From a virus (taxonomy: Duplodnaviria; Caudoviricetes), in IMG/VR virus record IMGVR_UViG_3300044996_000325, positions 1,085 to 65,084 of that record: a DNA stretch of 64,000 nt; one strand, written 5' to 3'. Made by a program: the position numbers and the translations under genes. Below the pieces are notes generated by a model. The model searched no databases and had not been told where the DNA came from. It worked only from the letters and a program-made list of their open reading frames with translations. Below, one piece after another: positions 47,020 through 56,849 of the stretch (position 1 is the stretch's first letter; every line of letters starts with the position of its first letter).

Positions 47020-47499
47020 TTATGATACCCTGATTGCCGTGAAATCATGGATCACGACACTGTTGATGGTGTGGTCCAGGGGGAGGACGCCGCTGAACTT
47101 GTACTTGTCTCTCTCGGGTTCGACCAGGGCGACGAAGACAGCGGCGGTTCTTACCTGGTCTTTCGACGCCGTGAGCTGGGATGCGATCTTCATGATCGGA
47201 TCGATGGCCGGCCCCAGGACGTCGAAGATGGTGCGGGTGGTGAGCTGGAAATCCAGGTCGCCGTCGAAGATCCCGTCGTACTCGACGCCGATCGGCTTGA
47301 CCCGCAGGAAGTAGGCCAGGTCCATGAAGTGGATCTTGTCCGGGAAGATGGCCAGGGTCTCGTTCAGTGGTTTCTCGTGGACCCAGCCGCACCGCGCCGC
47401 AGGATCTGCAGCGTTGTGAGTGGCAACGAGGCCGCGCCCCGAAATGGCGGCGCCGGCCTCGAAGCGTTCGACTTCAATGCGTAAAAGTTGATAAGACAT
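47020..47499 (-). CDS. hypothetical protein
   Basis: 159 aa, GGAGG RBS. Confidence 0.7.
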   Translation of the reverse strand: MSYQLLRIEVERFEAGAAISGRGLVATHNAADPAARCGWVHEKPLNETLAIFPDKIHFMDLAYFLRVKPIGVEYDGIFDGDLDFQLTTRTIFDVLGPAIDPIMKIASQLTASKDQVRTAAVFVALVEPERDKYKFSGVLPLDHTINSVVIHDFTAIRVS

Positions 47500-47525
47500 G
47501 AGCCTCCAGTTTCAGACGTTGGAAA

Positions 47526-47810
47526 CTACTCAGACTTGCGCCGGCGGATCTTGATCTGCGGAGGATAGTCTTCCGAGACATCGACGAACTTTTTGTCCGG
47601 ATCTAGCACTTCGACAGCCGCTTCTTCTACCGGGCTCTCGAACTCAGCCATCTCTTCGAGCAGCTTGTTGCTCCCGCTGTCTGGGGTGATTACGGCCACG
47701 ACGCCGCCCATCTTCTCGACCGAGCAGATCAGCTTCTCGTCGTCGTAAACCTCGATGGCCGTGTAGTGCTTTCCGGCGCGCTGCCCGCTAACCATTTGAG
47801 ATCTCAGCAT
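47526..47810 (-). CDS. hypothetical protein
   Basis: MLRSQMVSG..., GAGGAG RBS. Confidence 0.65.
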   Translation of the reverse strand: MLRSQMVSGQRAGKHYTAIEVYDDEKLICSVEKMGGVVAVITPDSGSNKLLEEMAEFESPVEEAAVEVLDPDKKFVDVSEDYPPQIKIRRRKSE

Positions 47811-47971
47811 TATACACTCTCCTCTACGATTTGATTGCCCTCCCAGTGGACCGTTTTGCCCACGAAGGGTTCGTACTTTTCTCGGAGATCTTCTGGAAGT
47901 TTTTCGATGTTCACCGGGATCCGAGATATGCCTCCGTTTTCCCATACCACTACGTTTACGATTTGTGCCAT
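47810..47971 (-). CDS. small hypothetical protein (53 aa)
   Basis: MAQIVNVVVWENGGISRIPVNIEKLPEDLREKYEPFVGKTVHWEGNQIVEESV; TAATG coupling. Confidence 0.55.
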   Translation of the reverse strand: MAQIVNVVVWENGGISRIPVNIEKLPEDLREKYEPFVGKTVHWEGNQIVEESV

Positions 47972-47997
47972 ATGCGTCCTATAATATGAAGAATTGC

Positions 47998-48025
47998 AAG
48001 AGGGCGGATCGCTCCGCCCTCTTTT
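47998..48025. terminator. hairpin terminator after AAA ATPase gene
   Basis: AAGAGGGCGGA-tcgc-TCCGCCCTCTT. Confidence 0.7.
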
Positions 48026-48026
48026 C

Positions 48027-48995
48027 TTACTGGGGCTGTTCGGCCTGGGGCTGCTCGGAGATCTTGGGCTCTGCCTGGAAGGCCGCGACGTATTTGTCGT
48101 AGTCCTCCGAGTTGAACTGGGAGAAGCCCTTCTTCTTCAAGAAGCCGAAGACCTCGTTCTGATCTTCGTAACCGTATTGGGAGGCTTCCTTGACGAGCAT
48201 GGCGACGGTCTTCTGCGCCACCGGGGCCTTCTTCTCCGCCGGCTTGTCGTCGATCGTCTTTTCAAAGACGACCTTCGGCATCAGATCTTCGGCCTTTACG
48301 CCGGCGAGCCACTTGACGAACGGCTCGAAGAACGCGGCGCCGGGCTCGATCATGCGCTTGTCCGACATCGAGGTGCAGCGGGACTTGGTGACACGGGCCT
48401 GGTGATCGGTGTCCATGTCGATCCAGAGGGTGAACTCGTACTCGCCACCCTCCCGAGTGATCGCCTGCAGGCCGATGCGGTCGTAGCCGCCCTTATCGTT
48501 CTTCTCATACTCCATCTTGGAGCGGAAGGTGGCGATGACGTGCGACTTGGAGCGGATGATTTTCTCCATGAAGCGACGATGTTCAGGCGTGACCTTGTTC
48601 CAGGCGTTGTACTTGTTGTTCGCCTTCGTCGCAGCCGCGGCGTTGTCGACCATTTCCAGGGCGCCTTTTTCGCCCATCCATTCGTGCGACGCGCTGTCGA
48701 TGATGATCGCGTCGGCGCCGGCTTCTTCGGCTGCCTCGATGGCGGCGATGTAGTTCTTCGGGGCGTACCCGAATTCCGGCGTCATGTTGAAGGTGACAAA
48801 CGGGGGGAACTCGTCAGCGTAGAGGGAAGCCGAGTTGTTCTCGGTGTCGATGACAAACACCTTGCCCTTCGGGCCAACGAGAGCGAATGCGGCGATCAGG
48901 GCGGTCTTCGTCTTCCCTGATCCAGCAGGTCCCGCAATGCCCACTCGGGCCTTCGCTTCGGTTCGGGTTGCTTGCTGGAATACGATCTGGGACAT
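48027..48995 (-). CDS. AAA_24 / Sak4-like ATPase (recombination)
   Basis: GPAGSGKT, VIDTE, IIIDSASHEW, HVIATFRSK. Confidence 0.85.
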   Translation of the reverse strand: MSQIVFQQATRTEAKARVGIAGPAGSGKTKTALIAAFALVGPKGKVFVIDTENNSASLYADEFPPFVTFNMTPEFGYAPKNYIAAIEAAEEAGADAIIIDSASHEWMGEKGALEMVDNAAAATKANNKYNAWNKVTPEHRRFMEKIIRSKSHVIATFRSKMEYEKNDKGGYDRIGLQAITREGGEYEFTLWIDMDTDHQARVTKSRCTSMSDKRMIEPGAAFFEPFVKWLAGVKAEDLMPKVVFEKTIDDKPAEKKAPVAQKTVAMLVKEASQYGYEDQNEVFGFLKKKGFSQFNSEDYDKYVAAFQAEPKISEQPQAEQPQ

Positions 48996-49778
48996 TTATT
49001 TCTCCTGTGAACAGATTTCGGTGAACGGACAGTAATTGCAGAGGAAACCTTCCTCTGCGAGCGGGGTGTTGCCACTCTCCAGAGCTGTACTAAGTGCGTC
49101 CCTCCTTTCGATGATCTTATTGACGACTTCATCATGCGGGTAGAGCTGGATTTCGAAGATCACCGCACCAAGGTGAGCTTCGCCGGATGAGGCGCCGCAC
49201 TTCGGGCATGCAAGGATGCCGTCCACCGGCATGTAGGCCCGGTTGCAGCGCTTGCACTTGGTCGGGCCGGACAGATCGATGTACTGAATGGCCGCAGAAG
49301 TGACCGGCATCCCCATCTCGCGCAGGAGTGCCGCATAGATATTGACCTGTTCGATATGGCTGCCGTATGGCAATTTCGACGGCGTCAGCCATCTGGTTGT
49401 CTTGTAGTCCAGGATCCGCCCGTTGTCATAGTAGACGTCAGCACGACCGACGATGCCGAGAGCATCAAGCTCCAGCTCGGCGACGAAGTTCGGGTCCTGG
49501 CGCTCAAGCTTGGAATGAACGGCGGTTCCGAGTTTTCGGACCAGCATCTCGTGGATGAACTCAACCTGCTCCCGGGTGCGGTGGTAGAACGCCTTTCGGA
49601 TGCACCCCGTCAGATCGGTGACGTGAATGCCGGTGCGTTCCGGATCATTCAGGAGGTAGACGAGGAGCGAGTAGTCGTAGCCACACGTGTTGGCTCCCGC
49701 AAGAGCGCAGTTGAGACAGTCGGTTTTTGGCATTACGCCGCGTCCGGCAGAGCAGTTGATCTGTACTATTTCAGGCAT
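48996..49778 (-). CDS. Cas4-like PD-(D/E)XK nuclease
   Basis: DLTGCIRK, GTAVH, GRAD, LDYKT, QVNIY, CNYCPFTEIC; extra CxxC...CxxC insertion. Confidence 0.85.
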   Translation of the reverse strand: MPEIVQINCSAGRGVMPKTDCLNCALAGANTCGYDYSLLVYLLNDPERTGIHVTDLTGCIRKAFYHRTREQVEFIHEMLVRKLGTAVHSKLERQDPNFVAELELDALGIVGRADVYYDNGRILDYKTTRWLTPSKLPYGSHIEQVNIYAALLREMGMPVTSAAIQYIDLSGPTKCKRCNRAYMPVDGILACPKCGASSGEAHLGAVIFEIQLYPHDEVVNKIIERRDALSTALESGNTPLAEEGFLCNYCPFTEICSQEK

Positions 49779-49996
49779 CTGAAACTCCAATCTTTAGGGG
49801 GCGCAAGGTAACCGTGATCACCTTGCGCCTCCCGAATATGATCAGGCCGCGTGGTTTCTTCGTGACCTGGACGAGTGATCGGTAGAACGGCGTCACACGG
49901 TAGTTGTTGATATTGATCTCTTCCAGCACCAGTAAAAGCGCGCCGTTCTCCTCGAGCTTGAGTACCGGTAAGCTACAGAGCCTGAAGGAGCCCTGG

Positions 49997-51370
49997 CTAA
50001 TCGTCAGCGAGAGGAGTGTACGTATTGGTCGCTTTGTCCCACTTGATCGGCTTGCTTTCTCCGACGGGTCCATTGCGGTTTTTGAGGACATAGAGAAGCA
50101 CTCCTACTGCGCGGATATCCCAGTCCTGGGCAAGCACGCGTCGTCCGTTCCGTTCAACCAGGTTCTCGGGGAACTGTGCCAATTGGTTCTGCTCCATCTC
50201 AATGAGGCGGAGAGCCATGGCCACAGTTGCGTCCTGCTCGAGCGACCCCGATCCCTTGAAGTCGGACAGCGTCGGCTTCGAGTTGTTCCCACGCTGGGTG
50301 ATGTCGCGATTGAATTGGGACGCCACCAGTACCGGCACCTTCCACTTCATGTTGAAACCGCGCAGCTGAGACGATGTGTAGCTGATGTTTTGTACCGGAT
50401 CGGTCGACAGGCCCGGGTTCTGGATTTGCTGGACGTAGTCGACGAAGAAAGTCTTGGCTCCGTCGTTGTACGCCTTTTTCATCGCCGCAACGACCTGCTC
50501 GACAGACGGATTACCCATCGTGACAACGCGGATCGGAAGCGACTTGAGGTCCTTGATCGCGTCCTTGGCCTGTACTCTTTCTTCTTCGGTCATCATCGTC
50601 GGCATGCGAAGTTTCTTCGAGTTGATGCCAGTCATAAAGGCGACCAGGTAACGCGGGTAATCGATGTCGCCGTTATCCATATTGATGATCGTGACCGGGG
50701 TTCTTCCACGTGCCGTGAGGAACGCCTCAGCCCGCAGGAACGAGCTCTTACCTTCTCCCGGCCTGGCTCCCAGGATCAGATAGTCCTGATCTTCAAGGTG
50801 GCCAACGATGCGCCGGAAGTCCGGGTTCTTGGGGATGTAGGCTGGCTTGCGTTTTCCAGAGACATAATCGTCGATCGTTGTGTCCAGGATCTCAAGCAGC
50901 TCGGCCATTTCGACGCCCTTGTTGGACTTGGCGCGCCGCATCTCCCACAGGCGCTCTTCTGCCTTATCGAGAACTTCGTCTGCGGGGAGATCTTCCTCGA
51001 GGTCCTTGCTCGTGAGCGCGATGGACATTCGCATGCTTCTGCGGATAGAGGCGTCCACGACCTGGTTGGCATAGTACGACACAGACGACGGGCTTGCTTT
51101 CGAGCACACCATCTCGATGTAGTCGACGCCGACGATCGATCCCAGGTCCTGCCCGAGCGAACTCAGCAGGCCGACGGAGCGGAGCGTTTCCGTCACGGCG
51201 ACCTGGCTGAGTTGCCCGGAAGCTGATAAGGAGGCAACCTTATCCCAGAGGACTTGATTGGAGATGGCACTGAAGTCGGACGGCATCAGGGTTACGTCGA
51301 TATCGCCGATACTTTCAGGCGTCTGAATTACCGACCCGATCAATGCCTGCTCAAAACCAATGGTATCCAT
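49997..51370 (-). CDS. dnaB: DnaB-like replicative helicase
   Basis: FEQALIGS, GARPGEGKS, VDYVQ, SQFNR, SDFKGSGSLEQDA, KNRNGP. Confidence 0.92.
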   Translation of the reverse strand: MDTIGFEQALIGSVIQTPESIGDIDVTLMPSDFSAISNQVLWDKVASLSASGQLSQVAVTETLRSVGLLSSLGQDLGSIVGVDYIEMVCSKASPSSVSYYANQVVDASIRRSMRMSIALTSKDLEEDLPADEVLDKAEERLWEMRRAKSNKGVEMAELLEILDTTIDDYVSGKRKPAYIPKNPDFRRIVGHLEDQDYLILGARPGEGKSSFLRAEAFLTARGRTPVTIINMDNGDIDYPRYLVAFMTGINSKKLRMPTMMTEEERVQAKDAIKDLKSLPIRVVTMGNPSVEQVVAAMKKAYNDGAKTFFVDYVQQIQNPGLSTDPVQNISYTSSQLRGFNMKWKVPVLVASQFNRDITQRGNNSKPTLSDFKGSGSLEQDATVAMALRLIEMEQNQLAQFPENLVERNGRRVLAQDWDIRAVGVLLYVLKNRNGPVGESKPIKWDKATNTYTPLADD

Positions 51371-52228
51371 CTAGGCCCCCAGGAGGCGGCGGATCGACCC
51401 AACGTGCGGCTCGATCTCCGGACGGATATCGGAGATGGTGATATTGGTGTGGCGGTTCGTCAGGCGCTCGAACATCAGGCGCTGGTCTTCGTCCATGCGG
51501 AGGACGGCGAAATACTGATCTCCCTGGCGGATCATGACGCCTTCGAGGTCGGGGGTGTGCGAGGGACGCACCTGGCGCCGCATCTCGCGAACGGGCAATG
51601 TCGTGCCGATCTCGATGAGCCGATCGACGGCATGCTCGACGATCTGATCGCTCGTCGGGCTTTCGATCCCGTCCGCCCGCAGGGCGTTTGTCGACCCCTC
51701 GAGGATTGCCTGGACAGCATCCAGTGTGCTTCCGCGTCCCGGCATCTGTCCAGTGATGATAGCGCTCATGATCGGGACAAGTTCGAACAGTTTGGCCTTG
51801 CCGACGCTGGAGAAGATCTCGGCGACGCTCATGCCGTGCGTTTCAAGATACGGGAAGATGACCGTGCAGAGCGTCTCGATATTGGACAGTTCCGCTGCAG
51901 AGATACCCTGCTCCTGCGCCATCTGGGCAAGCGTCTGGTATCCGCCCGGGTGGACATTCAGGAGGTTCTGGTTGCGGATCTTGGCCAGGATGCGACCGCG
52001 CAAAAGAATGGCAGTCAGGTCGAGAGAGCCGACCAGCTTCAGGGCCTCGACTTCGATGAGTGCGGTGCGCTCAAGCTGCGTCAGGCTGGCGCCGGCAGTC
52101 GGATCTCCTGCGAGACTTGCGTTCAAGTTGCGCTCTGCCGCAGCGTAAATGCTGTTCTGCAGGCCGTTCAGTTCAACCGATAACCCCGCTTCGTAACTCG
52201 GCTGGATCGTGATCTGGTTGTTTGTCAT
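51371..52228 (-). CDS. hypothetical protein in replication module
   Basis: ~285 aa from ATG 52228, GGAGG RBS. Confidence 0.75.
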   Translation of the reverse strand: MTNNQITIQPSYEAGLSVELNGLQNSIYAAAERNLNASLAGDPTAGASLTQLERTALIEVEALKLVGSLDLTAILLRGRILAKIRNQNLLNVHPGGYQTLAQMAQEQGISAAELSNIETLCTVIFPYLETHGMSVAEIFSSVGKAKLFELVPIMSAIITGQMPGRGSTLDAVQAILEGSTNALRADGIESPTSDQIVEHAVDRLIEIGTTLPVREMRRQVRPSHTPDLEGVMIRQGDQYFAVLRMDEDQRLMFERLTNRHTNITISDIRPEIEPHVGSIRRLLGA

Positions 52229-52242
52229 GGTTTGCCTCCGTG

Positions 52243-52707
52243 TCAAAATGGGAATTGGATAACGAACGCCGAGTGGCCGATAGGCATCCGGGGTTTGTGC
52301 AGGATGAGTGACGTCGTTCCGTCTGGCCTGTTCTCTTTTGTCCACTCGTCCATGTGAAAGAAGTAATCTGCCACCATGTCCGAGCCTTCTTCTAGCTCCC
52401 GGTATCGGAATTCTTCTCCGAAGCCGAACTCACTCAGGTGGTCTTTCAGATGGCATAGGCGAAACGCCACCAATCTTATGTCTCTTGCCGGGAGAATGAG
52501 GAGCTCGTACTGCTGCGGAAAAGCCATCTTCGGAACCTGCTTTCTCGACTTGACATCGATGACGTATCCGAGCTCGTTGATCTCGATGTCTGGTCCCGTT
52601 CTGCCGAGCACCGGGATGCGCTTGACGGGGGAGTATCCGGCGTCTGAAAATGTATTGCTGAGGAATTCTGCTACTGATCTCTCTACGGACCTGGGTCGTG
52701 CTTTCAT
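52243..52707 (-). CDS. PD-(D/E)XK Holliday-junction-resolvase-like protein
   Basis: ERSVAEFL...GPDI...IDVKSRK. Confidence 0.65.
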   Translation of the reverse strand: MKARPRSVERSVAEFLSNTFSDAGYSPVKRIPVLGRTGPDIEINELGYVIDVKSRKQVPKMAFPQQYELLILPARDIRLVAFRLCHLKDHLSEFGFGEEFRYRELEEGSDMVADYFFHMDEWTKENRPDGTTSLILHKPRMPIGHSAFVIQFPF

Positions 52708-53042
52708 AGGGTCTCCCCCAGGGCGTCCCAGATGTCGCCAGCTACTGGCGTGCTCTTTTCCTTCTCGGCAGCCGCCTCTACTGTTCTGCTCAATTGCTGG
52801 CGAAGGCGGTAGATGTATACGGCCTCAACGCTCTTGACGGTCTGCGGATTGACATCCTTCATGGATGCGAGGATGGCTGCCTGGCAGTTTTCGCACTTCT
52901 TCGTGCATAGACCCCTGTTGGTCATCGGTTTGCACCATGTATGTCCGGTGATCCTGATGGCGTCCGTCTTGTAGATGAAACCAACCTTCTTCAATTCGTC
53001 GTCGGGAACGATCTTTGCGAAGCGGTACTTATTGATCTTCAT
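52704..53042 (-). CDS. hypothetical Cys-containing protein, first gene of leftward replication operon
   Basis: HTWC...CTKKCENC. Confidence 0.65.
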   Translation of the reverse strand: MKINKYRFAKIVPDDELKKVGFIYKTDAIRITGHTWCKPMTNRGLCTKKCENCQAAILASMKDVNPQTVKSVEAVYIYRLRQQLSRTVEAAAEKEKSTPVAGDIWDALGETL

Positions 53043-53086
53043 GGTTCCATTCCTATCGGTTGTAGTTGTTTGACGGGTGGAACGCA

Positions 53087-53115
53087 AGTGTAACACGGCC
53101 CAACAAAAAGGTCAA
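53087..53115 (-). promoter_or_regulatory. leftward promoter TTGACC-N17-TACACT
   Basis: ggtcaa 53110-53115, agtgta 53087-53092. Confidence 0.7.
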
Positions 53116-53137
53116 GCGCCAGATATGGCGTTTTTTC

Positions 53138-53165
53138 TTGACAACTGGTCAATATGTGGTACACT
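53138..53165 (+). promoter_or_regulatory. repressor promoter TTGACA-N16-(TGg)TACACT
   Basis: TTGACA 53138-53143, TACACT 53160-53165. Confidence 0.7.
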
Positions 53166-53205
53166 GTCGCTGTTGACAAATCCGACCCGTTCTACGGGAG
53201 GGTAT

Positions 53206-53616
53206 ATGCTAAAGGATGTTTTGCAAGGAGCAATGCGCTCACGTGGGATGAGCACGCGTGAAGCTGCCCGAGAAATCGGTATCTCTCATACCACTGTTTT
53301 CAGAGTGATAAAGGGAGACCCGTTTGATGTCGATACGCTTATTGCAATAGCGAACTGGCTCAAGGTGCGTCCGTCAACTCTCCTTGACAGCCTGGCGCGT
53401 TCTGATACAATAGGCGACCTATCACTTCTGATCGAGAGATATCCGGGTATTTTGGATGTGCTAAAACAGGCGTCGGTGGCTGTCAACCAGGGAGCCGCTT
53501 CTCAGGAGATCCTGGTCGACATTCTCTCCTATGCCCTGTACAAACTCTCTCTTAGAGGTGATAAAGATGGACCGTCCACTAAGTCAGGAGGAAAAGAGAC
53601 TTCTGAAGCTCGTTGA
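53206..53616 (+). CDS. XRE-family HTH repressor
   Basis: MSTREAAREIGISHTTVFRVIKG...TLIAIANWL; divergent from replication operon. Confidence 0.8.
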   Translation: MLKDVLQGAMRSRGMSTREAAREIGISHTTVFRVIKGDPFDVDTLIAIANWLKVRPSTLLDSLARSDTIGDLSLLIERYPGILDVLKQASVAVNQGAASQEILVDILSYALYKLSLRGDKDGPSTKSGGKETSEAR

Positions 53617-53716
53617 AGCACTTATCTCGTTAGGAGATGCAACATCGAGCGATACGGAAACCACCACCACTGGTGGTGGATCAGACAGCGAAGCCCCCCA
53701 GATGTAGTGGCAAAAA

Positions 53717-53770
<54 letters not shown>

Positions 53771-53802
53771 ACCCCCCACCCCTGGCCAAAAGCCCCGAAA
53801 TA

Positions 53803-53838
53803 ACGAAAACACCCCCCAGAGATGGGGGGTGTTTTCGT
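53803..53838. terminator. bidirectional terminator
   Basis: ACGAAAACACCCCCCA-gaga-TGGGGGGTGTTTTCGT perfect 16-bp IR. Confidence 0.85.
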
Positions 53839-53839
53839 C

Positions 53840-54097
53840 TCAGGAATTCTCTTGAACGTCTCCGGCTACACCTTGTATTCCTCCAAGTTTCTCGTATTCA
53901 AGGGCCGCATTGGCCTGGTCGTCGTCGGTCGGGAAGGTGACCTCGTTGGTCGAATAGATCGGCTCGTCATTCCCGGGAGCGTTGATGAATGCTTCCCATC
54001 CATTCCGGTGCAGAGACCAGATAATGCCAACGCCGGAAAATCCCGCCTTGTCCGTGAATGCAACGTAGCCGTCATCGTCGATAAAAAGTTCAGGCAT
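53840..54097 (-). CDS. small acidic hypothetical protein
   Basis: 85 aa, AAGGAG RBS. Confidence 0.6.
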   Translation of the reverse strand: MPELFIDDDGYVAFTDKAGFSGVGIIWSLHRNGWEAFINAPGNDEPIYSTNEVTFPTDDDQANAALEYEKLGGIQGVAGDVQENS

Positions 54098-54100
54098 GGC

Positions 54101-54394
54101 TTACTCCTTCTCAATTCGAACAATGACCCGGCACATAACCTCGCCTCTTTCGCTGGTGAATTGCCCAGACGGGATTGTCTTGAAGATTTCCCATCTACCA
54201 ACTTTGCCGGTTACGCCACCGCTGTACCCAATGCTGGAGACGGCACGGCGATACTTATTGTAAATGGGCAGGAATTCGTTGAACATGAGGCTCTCGAGAG
54301 CTTTGCGCTCCTTGTGTTTTACTTTCATCCCGGCATATGTCTTTGGGACATTTTTTGCGAAGTGAAATTTCACAAACCTCTCATAGATAGTCAT
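54101..54394 (-). CDS. basic hypothetical protein
   Basis: MTIYERFVKF..., AAGGAG RBS. Confidence 0.6.
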   Translation of the reverse strand: MTIYERFVKFHFAKNVPKTYAGMKVKHKERKALESLMFNEFLPIYNKYRRAVSSIGYSGGVTGKVGRWEIFKTIPSGQFTSERGEVMCRVIVRIEKE

Positions 54395-54501
54395 TGTGGC
54401 ATCTCTCCTTTCAATGCGACCAGGACCGAGAGGTATCTGGTCCTGGTCGTGCCCTTCCTCCGTCGAGCATCCCCGGATCCCGGGTAGCAAGGGGCGGAAT
54501 T

Positions 54502-54750
54502 TTACAGCTTGGCCATCTTGATTTCAGACGCCGGAAAGTAGATCGGGTCTACTGCGCCGACGGCAACGATCTTGACACCAGTCCTCTTGCTCATCCTGAC
54601 CAGCTTTCTCTTCGCGGTGTCTGGTATGACACCGAGGATCCTGGCGAGTTCACTTCTCGATCTCGGTAGGAGGGACCTGATCAGCTGGTCTTCGAAGGTT
54701 CCGGAGGCCATCGGGTTGAAGGTGAAGCTCACTTCTACCTTGTAGCTCAT
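54502..54750 (-). CDS. small HTH-like protein
   Basis: RSELARILGVIPDTAKRKL. Confidence 0.6.
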   Translation of the reverse strand: MSYKVEVSFTFNPMASGTFEDQLIRSLLPRSRSELARILGVIPDTAKRKLVRMSKRTGVKIVAVGAVDPIYFPASEIKMAKL

Positions 54751-55424
54751 TCTTCCTCCAACTCGGCGCGCTCCTCTTCGCTGAGTTCCGAGTTGTCTCC
54801 CCAGGTGTCTTCGTCGACGATGTAGAACTTATCCGGGGCTGCAGGGAGTTCTGTGACAAAATAGCCCATCCGGTTGACCAGGTGCATGCCGTCTTGGATC
54901 GCAGAGTACTCGCCTTCGCAGTAGAGTGTCCAGACGCATCCCTGTTTCTCGGCGCATACAGACCGTACGTATTCGAGTTCTTTTCCGTAGGTCTCGAACA
55001 TGTATCCATCGTAGGATGCGTTCTCGTCGATGTGGTTCTTGATCGGCTTGAAGGCAGCCTCGAATTCCTCCCAGGTGAGCCTGATCACATTGTTGTCGCG
55101 ATCTATTTCCTTGCAATGCAAGACCCAGTCGGAGTAGCCGAGAACAGTGTCGCCGTTTTGGACCTCGTGACGCCAGTTCTCCATCGGGTAGCTTGGATCT
55201 TCAATGCCGGCATAGACCGGGGTGATCGTGAAGCCCATCTCATCCAGGAACGCGGAGATGCGATCAAAAAAGTGATCGCGGTTGACGCGCATGCCGGCGT
55301 TCAGGAGCTTTCCGCTTTTTCCCGAGCATTCGATCTGAACGTCTTGCTGATCGTTTCTGAGATGGAAGTCGTAGATATCAAAGTAGCCATTGCGCCCTGT
55401 TGCGCTTCCGATGCAAGTGTTCAT
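54747..55424 (-). CDS. acidic multi-module hypothetical phage protein
   Basis: YPMENWRHEVQNGDTVLGYSDWV and FETYGKELEYV...GMHLVNRMGYFVTE modules. Confidence 0.7.
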   Translation of the reverse strand: MNTCIGSATGRNGYFDIYDFHLRNDQQDVQIECSGKSGKLLNAGMRVNRDHFFDRISAFLDEMGFTITPVYAGIEDPSYPMENWRHEVQNGDTVLGYSDWVLHCKEIDRDNNVIRLTWEEFEAAFKPIKNHIDENASYDGYMFETYGKELEYVRSVCAEKQGCVWTLYCEGEYSAIQDGMHLVNRMGYFVTELPAAPDKFYIVDEDTWGDNSELSEEERAELEEE

Positions 55425-55723
55425 GATTGCGCCTTCCCGGAAATTGACCCGCGTACCTTTTCCAGCATCTCCGGAGATGTGCGCTGCGAAGCGTTGTTCT
55501 CGATGCTTTGGAGTACCCACGCGGGCGCATAGCAGCGGGCACCACCGAGGTGGACGACTTCTCTGTCGGCGACGAGCTGACGCACATGGTAGGCGATCCC
55601 GAATTGCGACATTCCAAAGATGTTCTTCAGCTCACTGAGCGTGGCTGGCCTATGGTTAGCCAGGAGGAACGCGTTCATTGCAGAGAGAACTTCGTCATTT
55701 TCGACCATTGATTGTCTTGACAT
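55421..55723 (-). CDS. LexA-type winged-HTH protein without peptidase domain
   Basis: HRPATLSELKNIFGMSQFGIAYHVRQL. Confidence 0.6.
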   Translation of the reverse strand: MSRQSMVENDEVLSAMNAFLLANHRPATLSELKNIFGMSQFGIAYHVRQLVADREVVHLGGARCYAPAWVLQSIENNASQRTSPEMLEKVRGSISGKAQS

Positions 55724-56122
55724 ATGATCTCCTTATTTTTTCTTCTTGCGCCCGTAGCGGCGGATAAAACCGGCGAAATCCCTCACCTGCCGAGAGGCAT
55801 CAGGGTAATTGTTCTGCTCGAGAAGCTCGAGTGCCTTTTGTTCTTTTCCGTTCTCGATCAACCGAGCAACCTGGTTGGCCAGCGGAAGCTCCGGGAAGTC
55901 TGACGGGCTTGGATCTTTGGTCATTTTGCCTCCCATTCGATATGCCACGGATTTTGATCCGCCGGCGGCTCGCTGGAATAGTCCCTCACATACAAACGGC
56001 CTTTCTGCCAGTAGGCTGGAAGGCCGTTGTGAGTTGTGGCCACCGTTCCGTTGGAGCAGCCCGGAATAGGACACGGGGCTGGACCAGCGTCTCGATAAAT
56101 GTGGCCGTTGAACCACAGCGGT

Positions 56123-56356
56123 TTACGTTTCATCCTGGATCTCCGCCTGGACGCTTGGGCCGCAGGTGATCTCGATGTCGACCAGCTTGAAGACGTCAAG
56201 CCATTCGGTGCCGCATGAATTGCATTTGACCGCGCTGTATGCACTTGCTCCATCTGCACTTACCCATCCGGCATCGATGTCTTCGCTGTCACAAAAAGGA
56301 CAGGTGTCTGGACTTTCAAGATATTTCTTGACCTGATCCGCACTCAGCTGTTCCAT
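56123..56356 (-). CDS. Zn-ribbon protein
   Basis: CPFCDS...CNSCGTEW. Confidence 0.65.
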   Translation of the reverse strand: MEQLSADQVKKYLESPDTCPFCDSEDIDAGWVSADGASAYSAVKCNSCGTEWLDVFKLVDIEITCGPSVQAEIQDET

Positions 56357-56639
56357 GCGACCTTCCTTTCACTCTATCGATGATCTCCTGGGCCGTACGC
56401 ATGAGTACGTCCGGGTCCATGTTTCCCATGGCGACGATCTCCGCAAGGTCGAGAAGCCGCGGAGCTTCGACGATGAGCCTGGCATTTGCTACGTATTCCT
56501 CTGCGTCCGCGGACACTTCGCAAATATCGACTGCGCCATCCTTCCCGGGAGCGCAGATCACCGGCGCCCCGCTCGATGTCTCCGGGTCGAGTTCAAGCTC
56601 CTCGCTCCAGATGAACCATTGTCCTGGTGTATGATCCAT
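56316..56639 (-). CDS. phage HTPGxW...ANARLI family hypothetical protein
   Basis: HTPGQW and ANARLIVEAPRLL motifs. Confidence 0.7.
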   Translation of the reverse strand: MDHTPGQWFIWSEELELDPETSSGAPVICAPGKDGAVDICEVSADAEEYVANARLIVEAPRLLDLAEIVAMGNMDPDVLMRTAQEIIDRVKGRSHGTAECGSGQEIS

Positions 56640-56666
56640 ATCGGTTTCCTTTCCGGCGTCTAAAAG

Positions 56667-56849
56667 TCAGTCCCAGTCGTACTTGTCTTCCCAACGCTGG
56701 CGCTCTTCCTCTTCCCGCAGATGCTCGAGTTCCTCTTCGAGTTCGCGGTTGCGCCGCTCAAGACGTTCGCGTTCCCGGTCTCCGAGGAACCAGTTGAGGA
56801 TCAGGAAGTTGGCGAACAGATCGCCTATTCCAAAGCGCTTGTTACCCAT
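56667..56849 (-). CDS. small coiled-coil protein
   Basis: 60 aa, E/R-rich. Confidence 0.55.
   Translation of the reverse strand: MGNKRFGIGDLFANFLILNWFLGDRERERLERRNRELEEELEHLREEEERQRWEDKYDWD

Noticed and set aside
47955-47985. Rightward promoter around TATAAT 47980
   Set aside because: No -35 at proper spacing and it would run straight into a terminator
48996-49778. CRISPR-Cas locus
   Set aside because: Solo Cas4-like gene in a recombination module; no cas1/cas2 or array
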